64,000 nucleotides of DNA from Patescibacteria group bacterium (GTDB taxonomy: Bacteria; Patescibacteriota; Patescibacteriia; 2-02-FULL-49-11), in NCBI GenBank assembly GCA_041645165.1, contig JBAZQN010000010.1, forward strand, positions 102 to 64,101, given 5' to 3'. The notes below the pieces were generated by a model, which was not told the origin of the DNA, searched no databases, and saw only the letters and a list, made by a program, of their open reading frames with translations. The translations under genes and the position numbers were made by a program. Shown in pieces: positions 7,560 to 15,949 of this stretch (its first letter is position 1; each line of letters begins with the position of its first letter).

Positions 7560-10328
7560 TTGAGTATAGTTGATAATTTCATCCAACCGCCGCATACTGA
7601 TAACATGAATACCCTTTCTCTTTCTGATTCTCTTGCAGAACTCGGGCCCATGGGAAAACGGCTGAGCTCCCGTTTGAAGAGCCTCGGCATTATGAGCATC
7701 GAGGATCTGCTCTTTCACTATCCCTTCCGCTACGAGGACTGGTCTCGAGTTCTGCCTATCAAAAATCTCATCCCCGGCATGCAAGCCACGGTGAGCGCGA
7801 CGGTAAAAACTATTTCATTCCGTCCCGGGCGATGGAAGATAAAACCGCTCATTGAAGCGCTCCTTGAGGACCAGAACGGCGATCACATTCGCGCGGTATG
7901 GTTCAACGCGTCATACCTTATTAAAACCCTTACCCCGGGCACCGCGCTTCTGCTTTCCGGAAAAATTGACCGCTCAAAAGACGCGCTCCAACTCACCCAT
8001 CCCGTATGGGAAAAAAACACAACTCACGCCCCAATGCATACCGCGCGTATTATCCCGATTTATCATGCGACGAACACCATAAGCCAAAAACAGATCCGCT
8101 CGCTTATGGCAGTTTCTCTTCAAAATATCCCCTCCATCCCTGATCCGCTTCCCTCGTGGATAGCGTCAGGCGCCAAAATCATCCCTCTTGATCGCGCGAT
8201 CCGCGCCATCCATTTCCCGTCCACGTGGGCGGCTTTGAGTGCGGCGCAAACGCGGCTGAAATTCGACGAATTATTCCTTTTACAACTGCGCAGCGCGCTT
8301 GCCCGACAGGAGCTTACTGCGCTTAAAAGTACCCCCATTCCGTTCCATGAGACTCTTACGCGCACATTCGTTGCCCGTCTCCCTTTCAAGCTCACCACCG
8401 CACAGAGAAAAGCCGCCTGGGAAATTATTAAAGACCTCGGGAAGGGCAAGCCGATGAACCGCCTCCTGGAGGGCGATGTGGGATCGGGAAAGACCGTGGC
8501 CGCCGCCATTGCCGCCTTAAATGTGATTGCGAGCGGCCATCAGGTCGCCTATCTTGCGCCCACCGCCATACTCGCGGCACAGCAGTTCGCGACGTTTTGC
8601 CGTCTTTTTTCCGACACCCCCCTATGTCCCCCCCTTACGAAGGGGGGGAACGGGGGGGTCTTCACCATCGCGCTCATCACGCAGGGGGATATCAGGGTGA
8701 ATAAAATTCAAAGTTTCCCGCCTCAGCGGGATCCCGCATACCTTAGAGAATCAGATTCAAGGGGCGGGACAAAACCCAAAGTTCAAAATGAGAGAGGGTA
8801 TAAAAAAATTTCTAAGCAGGAGCTTGCAGTACTGTTAAGAAAAGGGAGAGTCGACATTTCGATTGGCACACATGCTTTACTTTCTGAACATATCCAATTT
8901 CAAAAACTGGCACTGGTCATCGTCGATGAACAGCACCGTTTCGGCGTCAACCAGAGAGCTGCGCTCCTGCGCAGATCAGCGCAGATAAAAACGCAGATAG
9001 ACGCAGATGCTGATGACTTTCTATATAAGGAATTGACATATCAAATAAGAGGAGCAGCATTTGAAGTGGCAAATAGCTTAGGCCTCGGTTTGAAAGAAAA
9101 TGTGTACCAAAAAGCACTTGAAGAATCATTAAAACAAAAAAGGCTCTTATATGAGCGAGAAAAATCAATTAATGTCTCATTCCACGATACGCGCGTGGGC
9201 AGCTTTAAGCCTGATTTTATTATTGACCAAAAGGTTATCGTAGAACTTAAAGCACTACCTTTTATTGGTAAAATTGAAGAAAAGCAACTCTGGAGTTACC
9301 TCAAAGGTTCAAATTACAAAGTTGCGTTACTCATCAATTTTGGCAACGATAAACTGGATATCAGAAGAATAATCTACGACACCGCGAGAGATAAAACGCC
9401 CCAACCGTCACCAAATCAGCATGCATCTGTGATTAATCAGCACATGTCTGCATCAAGTGATCTGCGACCATCTGCGTCTCATCTGCGTGAATCTGCGTAT
9501 GTGCCGCATCTGTTGTCCATGACCGCCACTCCCATTCCCCGTTCGCTTGCGCTGGTCGCCTACGCGGACCTAGATTTGTCAATCATCAATGAGCTGCCCA
9601 AAGGCCGCGCGCCGATTACCACTAAAATCATCCCGCCTGAACAACGGCAAGACGCGTATAATCTCATCAAGCAAGAGCTCTCATCCGGTCATCAAGCATT
9701 TATCATTTGCCCGCTCATTGATCCTTCCGATGCCTTAGGCGTGAAATCGGTGAAAGAGGAAGCAGAGCGCTTGAAACGAGAACACTTCCCCCATGTGAAT
9801 CTCGCCGCGCTCCATGGCCGCATGACGCCTGCGTCAAAAGACAAGATCATGGGCGCGTTTGCACAAGGAAGTATCCAGGTGCTGGTATCCACGCCAGTGG
9901 TCGAAGTGGGCATTGACGTGCCGAATGCCACGGTAATCCTTATAGAAAGCGCAGAACGGTTTGGGCTGGCGCAACTCCATCAGCTCCGCGGCCGGGTGGG
10001 AAGGAGCACCCACTCCTCGTGGTGCTTGCTCGCGACCGAAACAGAACAAGAGGAGGCGTTGAAACGCCTCCACGCGGCGGTCTCCTCCCGCGACGGCTTT
10101 GCGCTCGCCGAAATTGACCTAGAGATGCGCGGACCGGGAGAAGTGTACGGCACCCAGCAATCCGGCTTCCTCGACACTTTAAAAATCGCCAAGCTTACCG
10201 ATGTCATCATCCTTAAGCAATCAAAAGAGACGGTTGCCCGCCTCCTCCAAGAAGATCCCGCGCTTTCCCGCTACCCCTTACTCCAGCGCCGCCTCGCCGT
10301 ATTCGAGGAATCAGTGCATTTTGAATAG
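7560..10328 (+). CDS. recG: ATP-dependent DNA helicase RecG carrying three in-frame repeat or domain insertions
   Basis: Wedge N-terminus. Walker A GDVGSGKT. DEQH. TATPIPRS. RGRVGR. 922 aa against the ~700 typical of RecG, which is my recollection rather than a measured comparison. Confidence 0.85.
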   Translation: MSIVDNFIQPPHTDNMNTLSLSDSLAELGPMGKRLSSRLKSLGIMSIEDLLFHYPFRYEDWSRVLPIKNLIPGMQATVSATVKTISFRPGRWKIKPLIEALLEDQNGDHIRAVWFNASYLIKTLTPGTALLLSGKIDRSKDALQLTHPVWEKNTTHAPMHTARIIPIYHATNTISQKQIRSLMAVSLQNIPSIPDPLPSWIASGAKIIPLDRAIRAIHFPSTWAALSAAQTRLKFDELFLLQLRSALARQELTALKSTPIPFHETLTRTFVARLPFKLTTAQRKAAWEIIKDLGKGKPMNRLLEGDVGSGKTVAAAIAALNVIASGHQVAYLAPTAILAAQQFATFCRLFSDTPLCPPLTKGGNGGVFTIALITQGDIRVNKIQSFPPQRDPAYLRESDSRGGTKPKVQNERGYKKISKQELAVLLRKGRVDISIGTHALLSEHIQFQKLALVIVDEQHRFGVNQRAALLRRSAQIKTQIDADADDFLYKELTYQIRGAAFEVANSLGLGLKENVYQKALEESLKQKRLLYEREKSINVSFHDTRVGSFKPDFIIDQKVIVELKALPFIGKIEEKQLWSYLKGSNYKVALLINFGNDKLDIRRIIYDTARDKTPQPSPNQHASVINQHMSASSDLRPSASHLRESAYVPHLLSMTATPIPRSLALVAYADLDLSIINELPKGRAPITTKIIPPEQRQDAYNLIKQELSSGHQAFIICPLIDPSDALGVKSVKEEAERLKREHFPHVNLAALHGRMTPASKDKIMGAFAQGSIQVLVSTPVVEVGIDVPNATVILIESAERFGLAQLHQLRGRVGRSTHSSWCLLATETEQEEALKRLHAAVSSRDGFALAEIDLEMRGPGEVYGTQQSGFLDTLKIAKLTDVIILKQSKETVARLLQEDPALSRYPLLQRRLAVFEESVHFE
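8616..8661 (+). repeat. G/C-tract palindromic mini-insert inside recG, in frame (encodes ..PLCPPLTKGGNGG..)
   Basis: CACCCCCCCTATGTCCCCCCCTTACGAAGGGGGGGAACGGGGGGGTC. Same family at 15079-15117, 47275-47316 and 59489-59531. Confidence 0.7.
8715..8775 (+). repeat. CGGGATCCCG-core ~60-bp repeat unit inside recG, in frame
   Basis: TTCCCGCCTCAGCGGGATCCCGCATACCTTAGAGAATCAGATTCAAGGGGCGGGACAAAA. Same family at 15428-15490, 23123-23183 and 43921-44028. Confidence 0.65.
8958..9500 (+). mobile_element. In-frame insertion in recG encoding a GxxExxY (PD-(D/E)XK-like) domain, bounded by inverted heptamer arrays (CGCAGAT x4 on the left, ATCTGCG x4 on the right)
   Basis: Left array 8971-9009 and right array 9459-9497, period about 10-11 bp. 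The encoded segment LTYQIRGAAFEVANSLGLGLKENVYQKALEESL...VELKAL...LINFG has the hallmarks of the GxxExxY family and lies between the DEQH and TATPIPRS motifs. Confidence 0.6.
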
Positions 10329-10405
10329 CATCTGCGCTCCGCGCATATCGAAGATAAACGCCAATTATTACCGCGTATTTATCAAAGAAAAGTTTGAAAT
10401 AATTT

Positions 10406-11019
10406 TTACTTTAAACTAAACTCAATCAATGACTTTTTAACTTCGTTGTCATTAACTTTAAAGCCAGACAAATATACAACTTCTTCGCGGTAATCAACAT
10501 CATCAAAATAAGCAAGTTGATTTCGAAACATTCTTTCATTAAATTCACTTCCAAAAATCTGTCTAGTTTTTTTAATAATTTCCACGATTGAATGATAATC
10601 CCTCATGATGAAATAAAGATCCACGCAGTCTTTCCACTTGGCGCGCATGCCCAAAGCGTAAGCTTTCATGGCAGCTAATGTTAATAAATCAGGCATCTTA
10701 ATAATATCATCAAATTTTTTATTGTAATCTATCTTAAAATCATACTTGAAAAAAGTCATTTTTACCTTATTGACTATCAGATTAAATTGGTCTGTTTCAG
10801 CATAAAGTAATTTATCTATCTTTGCGAGTTGGCTTACTTTTCTCTTTATAACGGCGTTATTGAAACTCTTGTCAGTAAAAAGATCAAAATCAATAGAATG
10901 TCTGTGTCCAATATGCAATGCCACAGCAGTACCGCCAACTAAATCAAAATCCCGCGAAAAATATTTCACTACAGGCAGCAGTTTTATTTGCTCGATTGTT
11001 AATATCTCTTTATGCATAC
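10406..11019 (-). CDS. Nucleotidyltransferase, AbiEii/DUF1814-like
   Basis: LVGGTAVALHIGHRHSIDFDLF motif. The likely start, MHKEILTIEQ, overlaps the upstream ORF's stop (ATGCATAA). Confidence 0.5.
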
Positions 11020-11225
11020 CCAGTATATAAACTTCCCGCGCCAAACGCACGATTTTGACGAGTATAAGTTATTAATCTTAATTTTGTTGAAAAATTAAAA
11101 CCTTTATTATGTTCTTCCAATCGCTTCTTCAGGTTACGAGCAAACTCAATGTGCCTCTCGTCATCCTTCTTGCTTTCCAACACATAGACGCAGGAGAACA
11201 TACGGGAAGTTGTATTACTGGGCAT
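11010..11225 (-). CDS. Degenerate GIY-YIG-like small ORF
   Basis: MPSNTTSRMFSCVYVLESKKDDERHIEFARNLKKRLEEHNKG. GIY-YIG-like, but the YIG tyrosine and glycine are replaced. Confidence 0.3.
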   Translation of the reverse strand: MPSNTTSRMFSCVYVLESKKDDERHIEFARNLKKRLEEHNKGFNFSTKLRLITYTRQNRAFGAGSLYTGYA

Positions 11226-11472
11226 ATTTATTAAAATAAAGCCTGAAGTAATTTTTTGATTTTGGCAAATAATTGCACCTTTTCTGTTGCGACTTTTCCC
11301 TGAAAATCCGCGCCGCTTTTTTAATGCCCAAAATTTTAATAACTTTCTGCACATCGTCCCAGTCGCCGTAATTCAAAACCGCTTCCAGAATAGTCGCGTC
11401 TGAAAGTCCGTCATAGTTCTTTGTTGACCACACCAGGTATGGCTTTTTCTTTATATAATTTTGCAGCGTCAT
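11215..11472 (-). CDS. Hypothetical small protein
   Basis: 86-aa C-terminal portion (MTLQNYIKKKPYLVW...) of the 169-aa ORF. The upstream part of that ORF is translation of REP elements. Confidence 0.25.
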   Translation of the reverse strand: MTLQNYIKKKPYLVWSTKNYDGLSDATILEAVLNYGDWDDVQKVIKILGIKKAARIFREKSQQKRCNYLPKSKNYFRLYFNKYAQ

Positions 11473-11490
11473 AATTGAATTACACCGTTC

Positions 11491-11511
11491 GTTCAATCTT
11501 GCAGATTGAAC
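11491..11511. repeat. REP hairpin GTTCAATCT-TGC-AGATTGAAC plus conserved 3' flank
   Basis: The ~60-nt unit CGTTCGTTCAATCTTGCAGATTGAACGATTGTTTTTATCG.CGAACA..CCGGTA is also at 30436-30500 and 41497-41561. Confidence 0.75.
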
Positions 11512-11598
11512 GATTGGTTTTATCGCCGAACAGGCCGGTAATGCACATAATATCCAAGGATAGAGGCAGACGGTCGAATGGCTGATCAACTCTGCGGA

Positions 11599-11660
11599 TT
11601 CAGTCTGCAAGACTGAACCAACGTTAGTTCTATCTGCGTAAATCTGCGTTACATCAGCGT
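11599..11660. repeat. REP hairpin variant (TCAGTCT-GCA-AGACTGA) followed by an ATCTGCG heptamer array
   Basis: CAGTCTGCAAGACTGAACCAACGTTAGTTCTATCTGCGTAAATCTGCGTTACATCAGCGTTGATCTGCGTCC. Confidence 0.7.
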
Positions 11661-11730
11661 TGATCTGCGTCCATGTCGCCGCCTTCGCGCAATCGGCGCA
11701 TTTTGAGTAAAGCTGATCACGCACTCCTGT

Positions 11731-12864
11731 CTATCGAAATACTGTTTCAGGATAACATCTGCAACCTGACAATGATGAAGTACACCTGGTATAAATAGGG
11801 CCTGAAAATTCCTTCCCGCACCACTCACCATAATTACATTCACTATCAATCGTGCATACCCTACTGGGGTCCTTTTCACACTTCCATACTTCTTCACCGG
11901 ATCGAACATTTGTATAGCTCCTTGTACATTTATCAAATGGGGTACGACACCATAACGTGTAATCGTTAGTACCGTACTTACAGACCTCTCCATGCTTAAT
12001 ATGGCACCTTCGGCTCGTGCCCGACACATCGCAATACATCTGTATCATAAGACCGTCATCTCGATACTCCGGGCATCCCTGATCTTCCGCATTAACCTCA
12101 CAAGGATCACCTGGTTCAACTAATTCACAAATCCCAAGATCTCCAATTTCTTTATAACAGAAATTATAGAAAGGTGCGTCCGGAATCGAGGAATCTCTCT
12201 TAGATCTACATTCGATATTAGTCCTACATCCATCCAAGCACGCTTGTTTCTCAAAAGAACACACACAGGGCGGATTAGGACACTCGTTGCACGGCTCCCC
12301 TGTTGATTTAAACCCATTAGGAGATCCATTAGCATCAACCGTAACGCACGTATCAGCCGATGTGCCGGTGAGCGGCGAAAGCGTAGCGGGAGTTGCGCAC
12401 TTTTCCGTCGCCTTATACGCCCTGCACGGCGTGATCCACCACGCGTCATTTGAGAAAATGGTGGCAGGCTTGCCTTCGGTTGGAATGCCTTTGAGTGAAA
12501 TAATAATCCAGTTGGGCCATACCCATGCGGCAAGCAGGATGATGAATAACCCCACCACAGTGCCGGTTACCATCTTTTTGCCTTTTTCCACCTCTTCTGC
12601 CTTGCCTTGAGACATAAGAAGGCTAAATCCCCCGTAAATAAACAACGCAAGCGCAATAGCACCACAGAGCGACAGTAAAAACCTCACCCCTTTGCTTGCG
12701 ATGAGTAAAAGGTCGCACAGCGAACATGCGCCGCATGTAAAACAGTCAGTAGCTACTGCCTCTTTGGAAAAAAAGCTGTACGCCTGCGCAGAAAAAACGG
12801 AGTAACTAAACACTCCAACAATTATTAATAAGATGATAAGTATTGGTTTTCTTAAACTAGGCAT
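11731..12864 (-). CDS. Membrane protein with a VirB2/TrbC-like pilin module and a Cys-rich C-terminal ectodomain
   Basis: Helix-loop-helix AIALALFIYGGFSLLMSQGKAEEVEKGKKMVTGTVVGLFIILLAAW, then more than 40 Cys in about 250 aa. Confidence 0.45.
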   Translation of the reverse strand: MPSLRKPILIILLIIVGVFSYSVFSAQAYSFFSKEAVATDCFTCGACSLCDLLLIASKGVRFLLSLCGAIALALFIYGGFSLLMSQGKAEEVEKGKKMVTGTVVGLFIILLAAWVWPNWIIISLKGIPTEGKPATIFSNDAWWITPCRAYKATEKCATPATLSPLTGTSADTCVTVDANGSPNGFKSTGEPCNECPNPPCVCSFEKQACLDGCRTNIECRSKRDSSIPDAPFYNFCYKEIGDLGICELVEPGDPCEVNAEDQGCPEYRDDGLMIQMYCDVSGTSRRCHIKHGEVCKYGTNDYTLWCRTPFDKCTRSYTNVRSGEEVWKCEKDPSRVCTIDSECNYGEWCGKEFSGPIYTRCTSSLSGCRCYPETVFR

Positions 12865-12886
12865 AAATTAACGAAACCGCCCCTCA

Positions 12887-12955
12887 AGTCCCCTCCTTGC
12901 TAAGAGCCTGTCCCGAGCTTGACGCGGGAAGGGGATGGGGAGGTATCTCCTTAGT
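12887..12955 (-). repeat. Conserved leader element (minus orientation) immediately 5' of the 11731-12864 gene
   Basis: Reverse complement matches 6462-6515 almost exactly. Confidence 0.45.
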
Positions 12956-13035
12956 AAAAAAGATTGTCGTGCCAGAGGCAGATCAGCCCATGGCTGAAAA
13001 TTCCGATACGATAAATTAAATCCTAAAGAGCCGCC

Positions 13036-14541
13036 TCATGGGGTGATAACTTCATTATCTCCAGAATTTTGCCCACCTACCGTATATACGCCTGGCGGAC
13101 AATGCGATGACTGATGGGTTCCAAGATCCTGGCCTGACTCAAAATGCCACCACTCTTCGCAAAACCGATCTAAGCCCACTTCATTCATCTTCGCTTGGAA
13201 CTCCTTGACCACGGGACCCGTGGGCGGGGTGCCGCTAGGCGGTGTGTAAGCTCTGGTAAGCATATTGCATGCGGCGTCATTAATTACCCCTGAAGGTAAA
13301 ATGCCGCTTGATATTTCAAGGCACACGTCTACCGCATACCCTGCCTGGTGCGGCGCGTCGCATGAAGGCACTGCCGCTTTATTGCAACCTGTACAACTAT
13401 ACGGACAACTGGGAGGGGTAGGTACGCTGTAATCATAGCACCCTCGCAAGCCAGCCTGGTTCGCCATGGAGCGGTACGCCGAATTGATGACAAGCGTGAA
13501 TTTCACATTCGAGCTTTTCCAACTATTTTCTCCTTTAAGCCAATCTTCAAGCTTTTTATTATTAAGTTTCGCTATCACTTGAGACATAAGCCGCGGCGGC
13601 TGTTCCACCTGGCTATTATCAACGCGGATAGGTGCCTTGGGGAATACTGTGGGGTCCGCGATCGATAGAAAATTAGGCGACGATTCTGTCTTGGTGCACG
13701 CCTGCGGGCCGAAATTCATATTCACATTAGTCGCTTGCGATTTTACGTCTTCCAGAGTGCTCAATGCGGTATCAAACTCCACAAGACGCGGGTTGATGGT
13801 GTAAAAGAGCAGATAAGAGGTAAGCGCGATGATGAGCCCGGTGATGGCGCCCATGATGGTGCTTTTCGCGCTCGTGATTTTTTCAGGCGACCCGCCTGCC
13901 ATGAGGTACTGGAACCCGCCGATCATGATGCCAATCACCGCAAGAAGCCCTATGGACGCGATGATGAAATAATAAAGGCCGGCAATGTACTCGCCAATTG
14001 TTTTACTGCTCAAGTCAATGCTCCTCCCCGCGACAAAATCCGTGCCGGGAATAGATATTTGGGGTTTAAATTTAATTGCTTCGCGCGGTTTAGGTTCAAT
14101 ATACACTTTCAATTCGCCGCCGCCGGAAGGAACAAACGCCTGCACCGATTGTTTCACGTCCGGACACGCGCACTGGCCTGGATCTTGGTAATTGCACGCA
14201 TAGTATAAGCCATTCTGGGTTTTAACGCCTTTCACGGTTATCTCCCCTTTTACGGAACCTGCACTTACTATATTCTGCTTAGCTCCAGTATACGATTCAT
14301 AAATCAACGTTTGCCCACATTCACCTGGTTGGAGACCGCTAAAACAAATGTTTTTAACCTTATCATCTGTCTTTACGTTTTGCCCTAATAGAGCATTACT
14401 TTCAGCCGCTTGCGGATCATTAAGCTGGCACACGCAACACTGCGCGCTGGCAGCAAGGGGGAAAAAATGGATACCAACAATGCCTGTTATGAAAATTATT
14501 GAGAGAATTACCTTCTGTATCCTTAAACGGCAATATAACAT
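13036..14541 (-). CDS. Fusion protein: Cys-rich N-terminal region, VirB2/TrbC-like pilin module, and C-terminal M15 (VanY-like) peptidoglycan peptidase
   Basis: Pilin module IGIMIGGFQYLMAGGSPEKITSAKSTIMGAITGLIIALTSYLL. M15 motifs SAYRS, HQAGYAVDV, EEWWHFE. Confidence 0.6.
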   Translation of the reverse strand: MLYCRLRIQKVILSIIFITGIVGIHFFPLAASAQCCVCQLNDPQAAESNALLGQNVKTDDKVKNICFSGLQPGECGQTLIYESYTGAKQNIVSAGSVKGEITVKGVKTQNGLYYACNYQDPGQCACPDVKQSVQAFVPSGGGELKVYIEPKPREAIKFKPQISIPGTDFVAGRSIDLSSKTIGEYIAGLYYFIIASIGLLAVIGIMIGGFQYLMAGGSPEKITSAKSTIMGAITGLIIALTSYLLFYTINPRLVEFDTALSTLEDVKSQATNVNMNFGPQACTKTESSPNFLSIADPTVFPKAPIRVDNSQVEQPPRLMSQVIAKLNNKKLEDWLKGENSWKSSNVKFTLVINSAYRSMANQAGLRGCYDYSVPTPPSCPYSCTGCNKAAVPSCDAPHQAGYAVDVCLEISSGILPSGVINDAACNMLTRAYTPPSGTPPTGPVVKEFQAKMNEVGLDRFCEEWWHFESGQDLGTHQSSHCPPGVYTVGGQNSGDNEVITP

Positions 14542-14553
14542 AATACCACGGTT

Positions 14554-15426
14554 TTAAAATTCAAGCTCTACTAACCTCTCAATCTTTTTCTCCGTAATCT
14601 CTCCCGTCAAACGGTAAGAATTTATAAACAGGGCAGGTATCCCGTCAATATCAAGCGCCTGCGCCTCATCCATGCCCTGATTCACAAGATCAGTGGTCGC
14701 GCGGGTTTCTACACAGCGGTTGAATTCTTCAAGATTAAGCCCTAATTCTGATGCTATTATACCATACTTCGACGCAGATGCTCGCAGATAAGACGCAGAT
14801 TCACGCAGATCGTCGTTCATGACTTCGTCACGGGTCAATTTATCTATAAATTCCCAAAATTTACCTTGATTTTGCGCGCAACGGGCGGCAAGGGCGGCGG
14901 GGCGGGAGGCAGGATCTAAAGGATTCGGGAAATCTTTCCATACCAGATGCGCAGATGGTCGCAGATAAGACGCAGATTCACGCAGATCGTCGCGGATATA
15001 CGCAGATATTTGTTTCACCGCATCGCGGCACACTTCAACCACATGGTCGCAAAATAATACGATATTGACTGGTTCGACACCCCCCTCTTGCATCTCCCCC
15101 CTTTCTAGGGGGGAGGATATTGCTGGCAACACCGGGTCAGTGGGCAATACCGTGGGCGCAAACGGCGTATCTTCGCGCAGAGGCGCTAAAGGTTTAACCA
15201 GCGTGATGAGGGGGTCGCTAAAGGTGCCTTGCGCGAAACTGTCAGAGGCAAGCTCTGACGCTACATTTTGATTTTGGACTACTCTCTCTTGTTGATCGTC
15301 TTGAGACGACACAATGAACCCGAGCGCGCTCTTCCCAACTGCAAGCGCTCCCAAACCAAGGACGGCGAGAGAGAACAGCGTAATAGTGAGCGTGCGCGGG
15401 TGTATTTTCATAACTTTAAATCTCAA
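14554..15426 (-). CDS. DsbA-like thioredoxin-fold thiol:disulfide oxidoreductase carrying repeat-derived in-frame inserts
   Basis: DsbA-like C-terminus GIPALFINSYRLTGEI. Signal/TM N-terminus. Two direct CGCAGAT arrays (14770-14815, 14948-15010) encode DDLRESASYLR twice. G/C-tract insert at 15079-15117. Confidence 0.5.
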   Translation of the reverse strand: MRFKVMKIHPRTLTITLFSLAVLGLGALAVGKSALGFIVSSQDDQQERVVQNQNVASELASDSFAQGTFSDPLITLVKPLAPLREDTPFAPTVLPTDPVLPAISSPLERGEMQEGGVEPVNIVLFCDHVVEVCRDAVKQISAYIRDDLRESASYLRPSAHLVWKDFPNPLDPASRPAALAARCAQNQGKFWEFIDKLTRDEVMNDDLRESASYLRASASKYGIIASELGLNLEEFNRCVETRATTDLVNQGMDEAQALDIDGIPALFINSYRLTGEITEKKIERLVELEF

Positions 15427-15427
15427 A

Positions 15428-15490
15428 TCCTCACCGCTCAGGCGGGATCCCGCATACCTTAGATAAAATAATTCAAAGTGCGGGACAAAG
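15428..15490. repeat. CGGGATCCCG-core repeat unit (intergenic)
   Basis: TCACCGCTCAGGCGGGATCCCGCATACCTTAGATAAAATAATTCAAAGTGCGGGACAAAG. Confidence 0.65.
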
Positions 15491-15525
15491 TTTAAAGCTC
15501 AAATGGATGACAAAACTGCACTAAT

Positions 15526-15897
15526 GTCATCCCGGGCTTGACCCGGGATCCAGAAATAACAATAACACTAAAAATCATCAGAAAGATCTTTCCATCCTGG
15601 ATTTACCTCCTCAATCAAACGCAATTTCCACGCCCGTTTCCACCGTTTCATTTGTTTTTCCCTCGTGATTGCCGCATAGATATCAGAAAATTCTTCATAG
15701 TACACCAGTGTATGTACGTGATATTGCCGGGTAAATCCTGGTACCGCTCCCACCTTATGCTCATCTACTCTGCGTCTAAGGTCGTTCGGTACTCCAACGT
15801 ACAAAGTTCCGTTTTTCTGACTCGCCATGATGTACACGTAATAACTCTGCATGATTTTTGTTTATTTTTTCTGGATTCCTGCCTGCGCAGGAATGAC
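15526..15897. mobile_element. Hairpin-bounded element carrying a GIY-YIG gene
   Basis: Left end GTCATCCCGGGCTTGACCCGGGATCCAGAAA. Right end TTTCTGGATTCCTGCCTGCGCAGGAATGAC. Same termini as the ORF-less copies at 7428-7531 and 44401-44498. Confidence 0.6.
15568..15852 (-). CDS. GIY-YIG nuclease family protein
   Basis: 94 aa, YVYIMASQKNGTLYVGVPNDLRRRVDEH. About 80% identical to the 19200-19484 paralog. Confidence 0.7.
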   Translation of the reverse strand: MQSYYVYIMASQKNGTLYVGVPNDLRRRVDEHKVGAVPGFTRQYHVHTLVYYEEFSDIYAAITREKQMKRWKRAWKLRLIEEVNPGWKDLSDDF

Positions 15898-15949
15898 AAT
15901 GACTGAAAATTGAACATTGAGAATTGAAAATTTCCACACTGTTCTGCTT

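Noticed and set aside
8971-15010. ATCTGCG/CGCAGAT heptamer arrays as possible CRISPR arrays
   Set aside because: The units are 7 bp with 3-6-bp irregular spacers, not repeat-spacer architecture. They lie inside ORFs and as tails of REP hairpins, and no cas genes are present.
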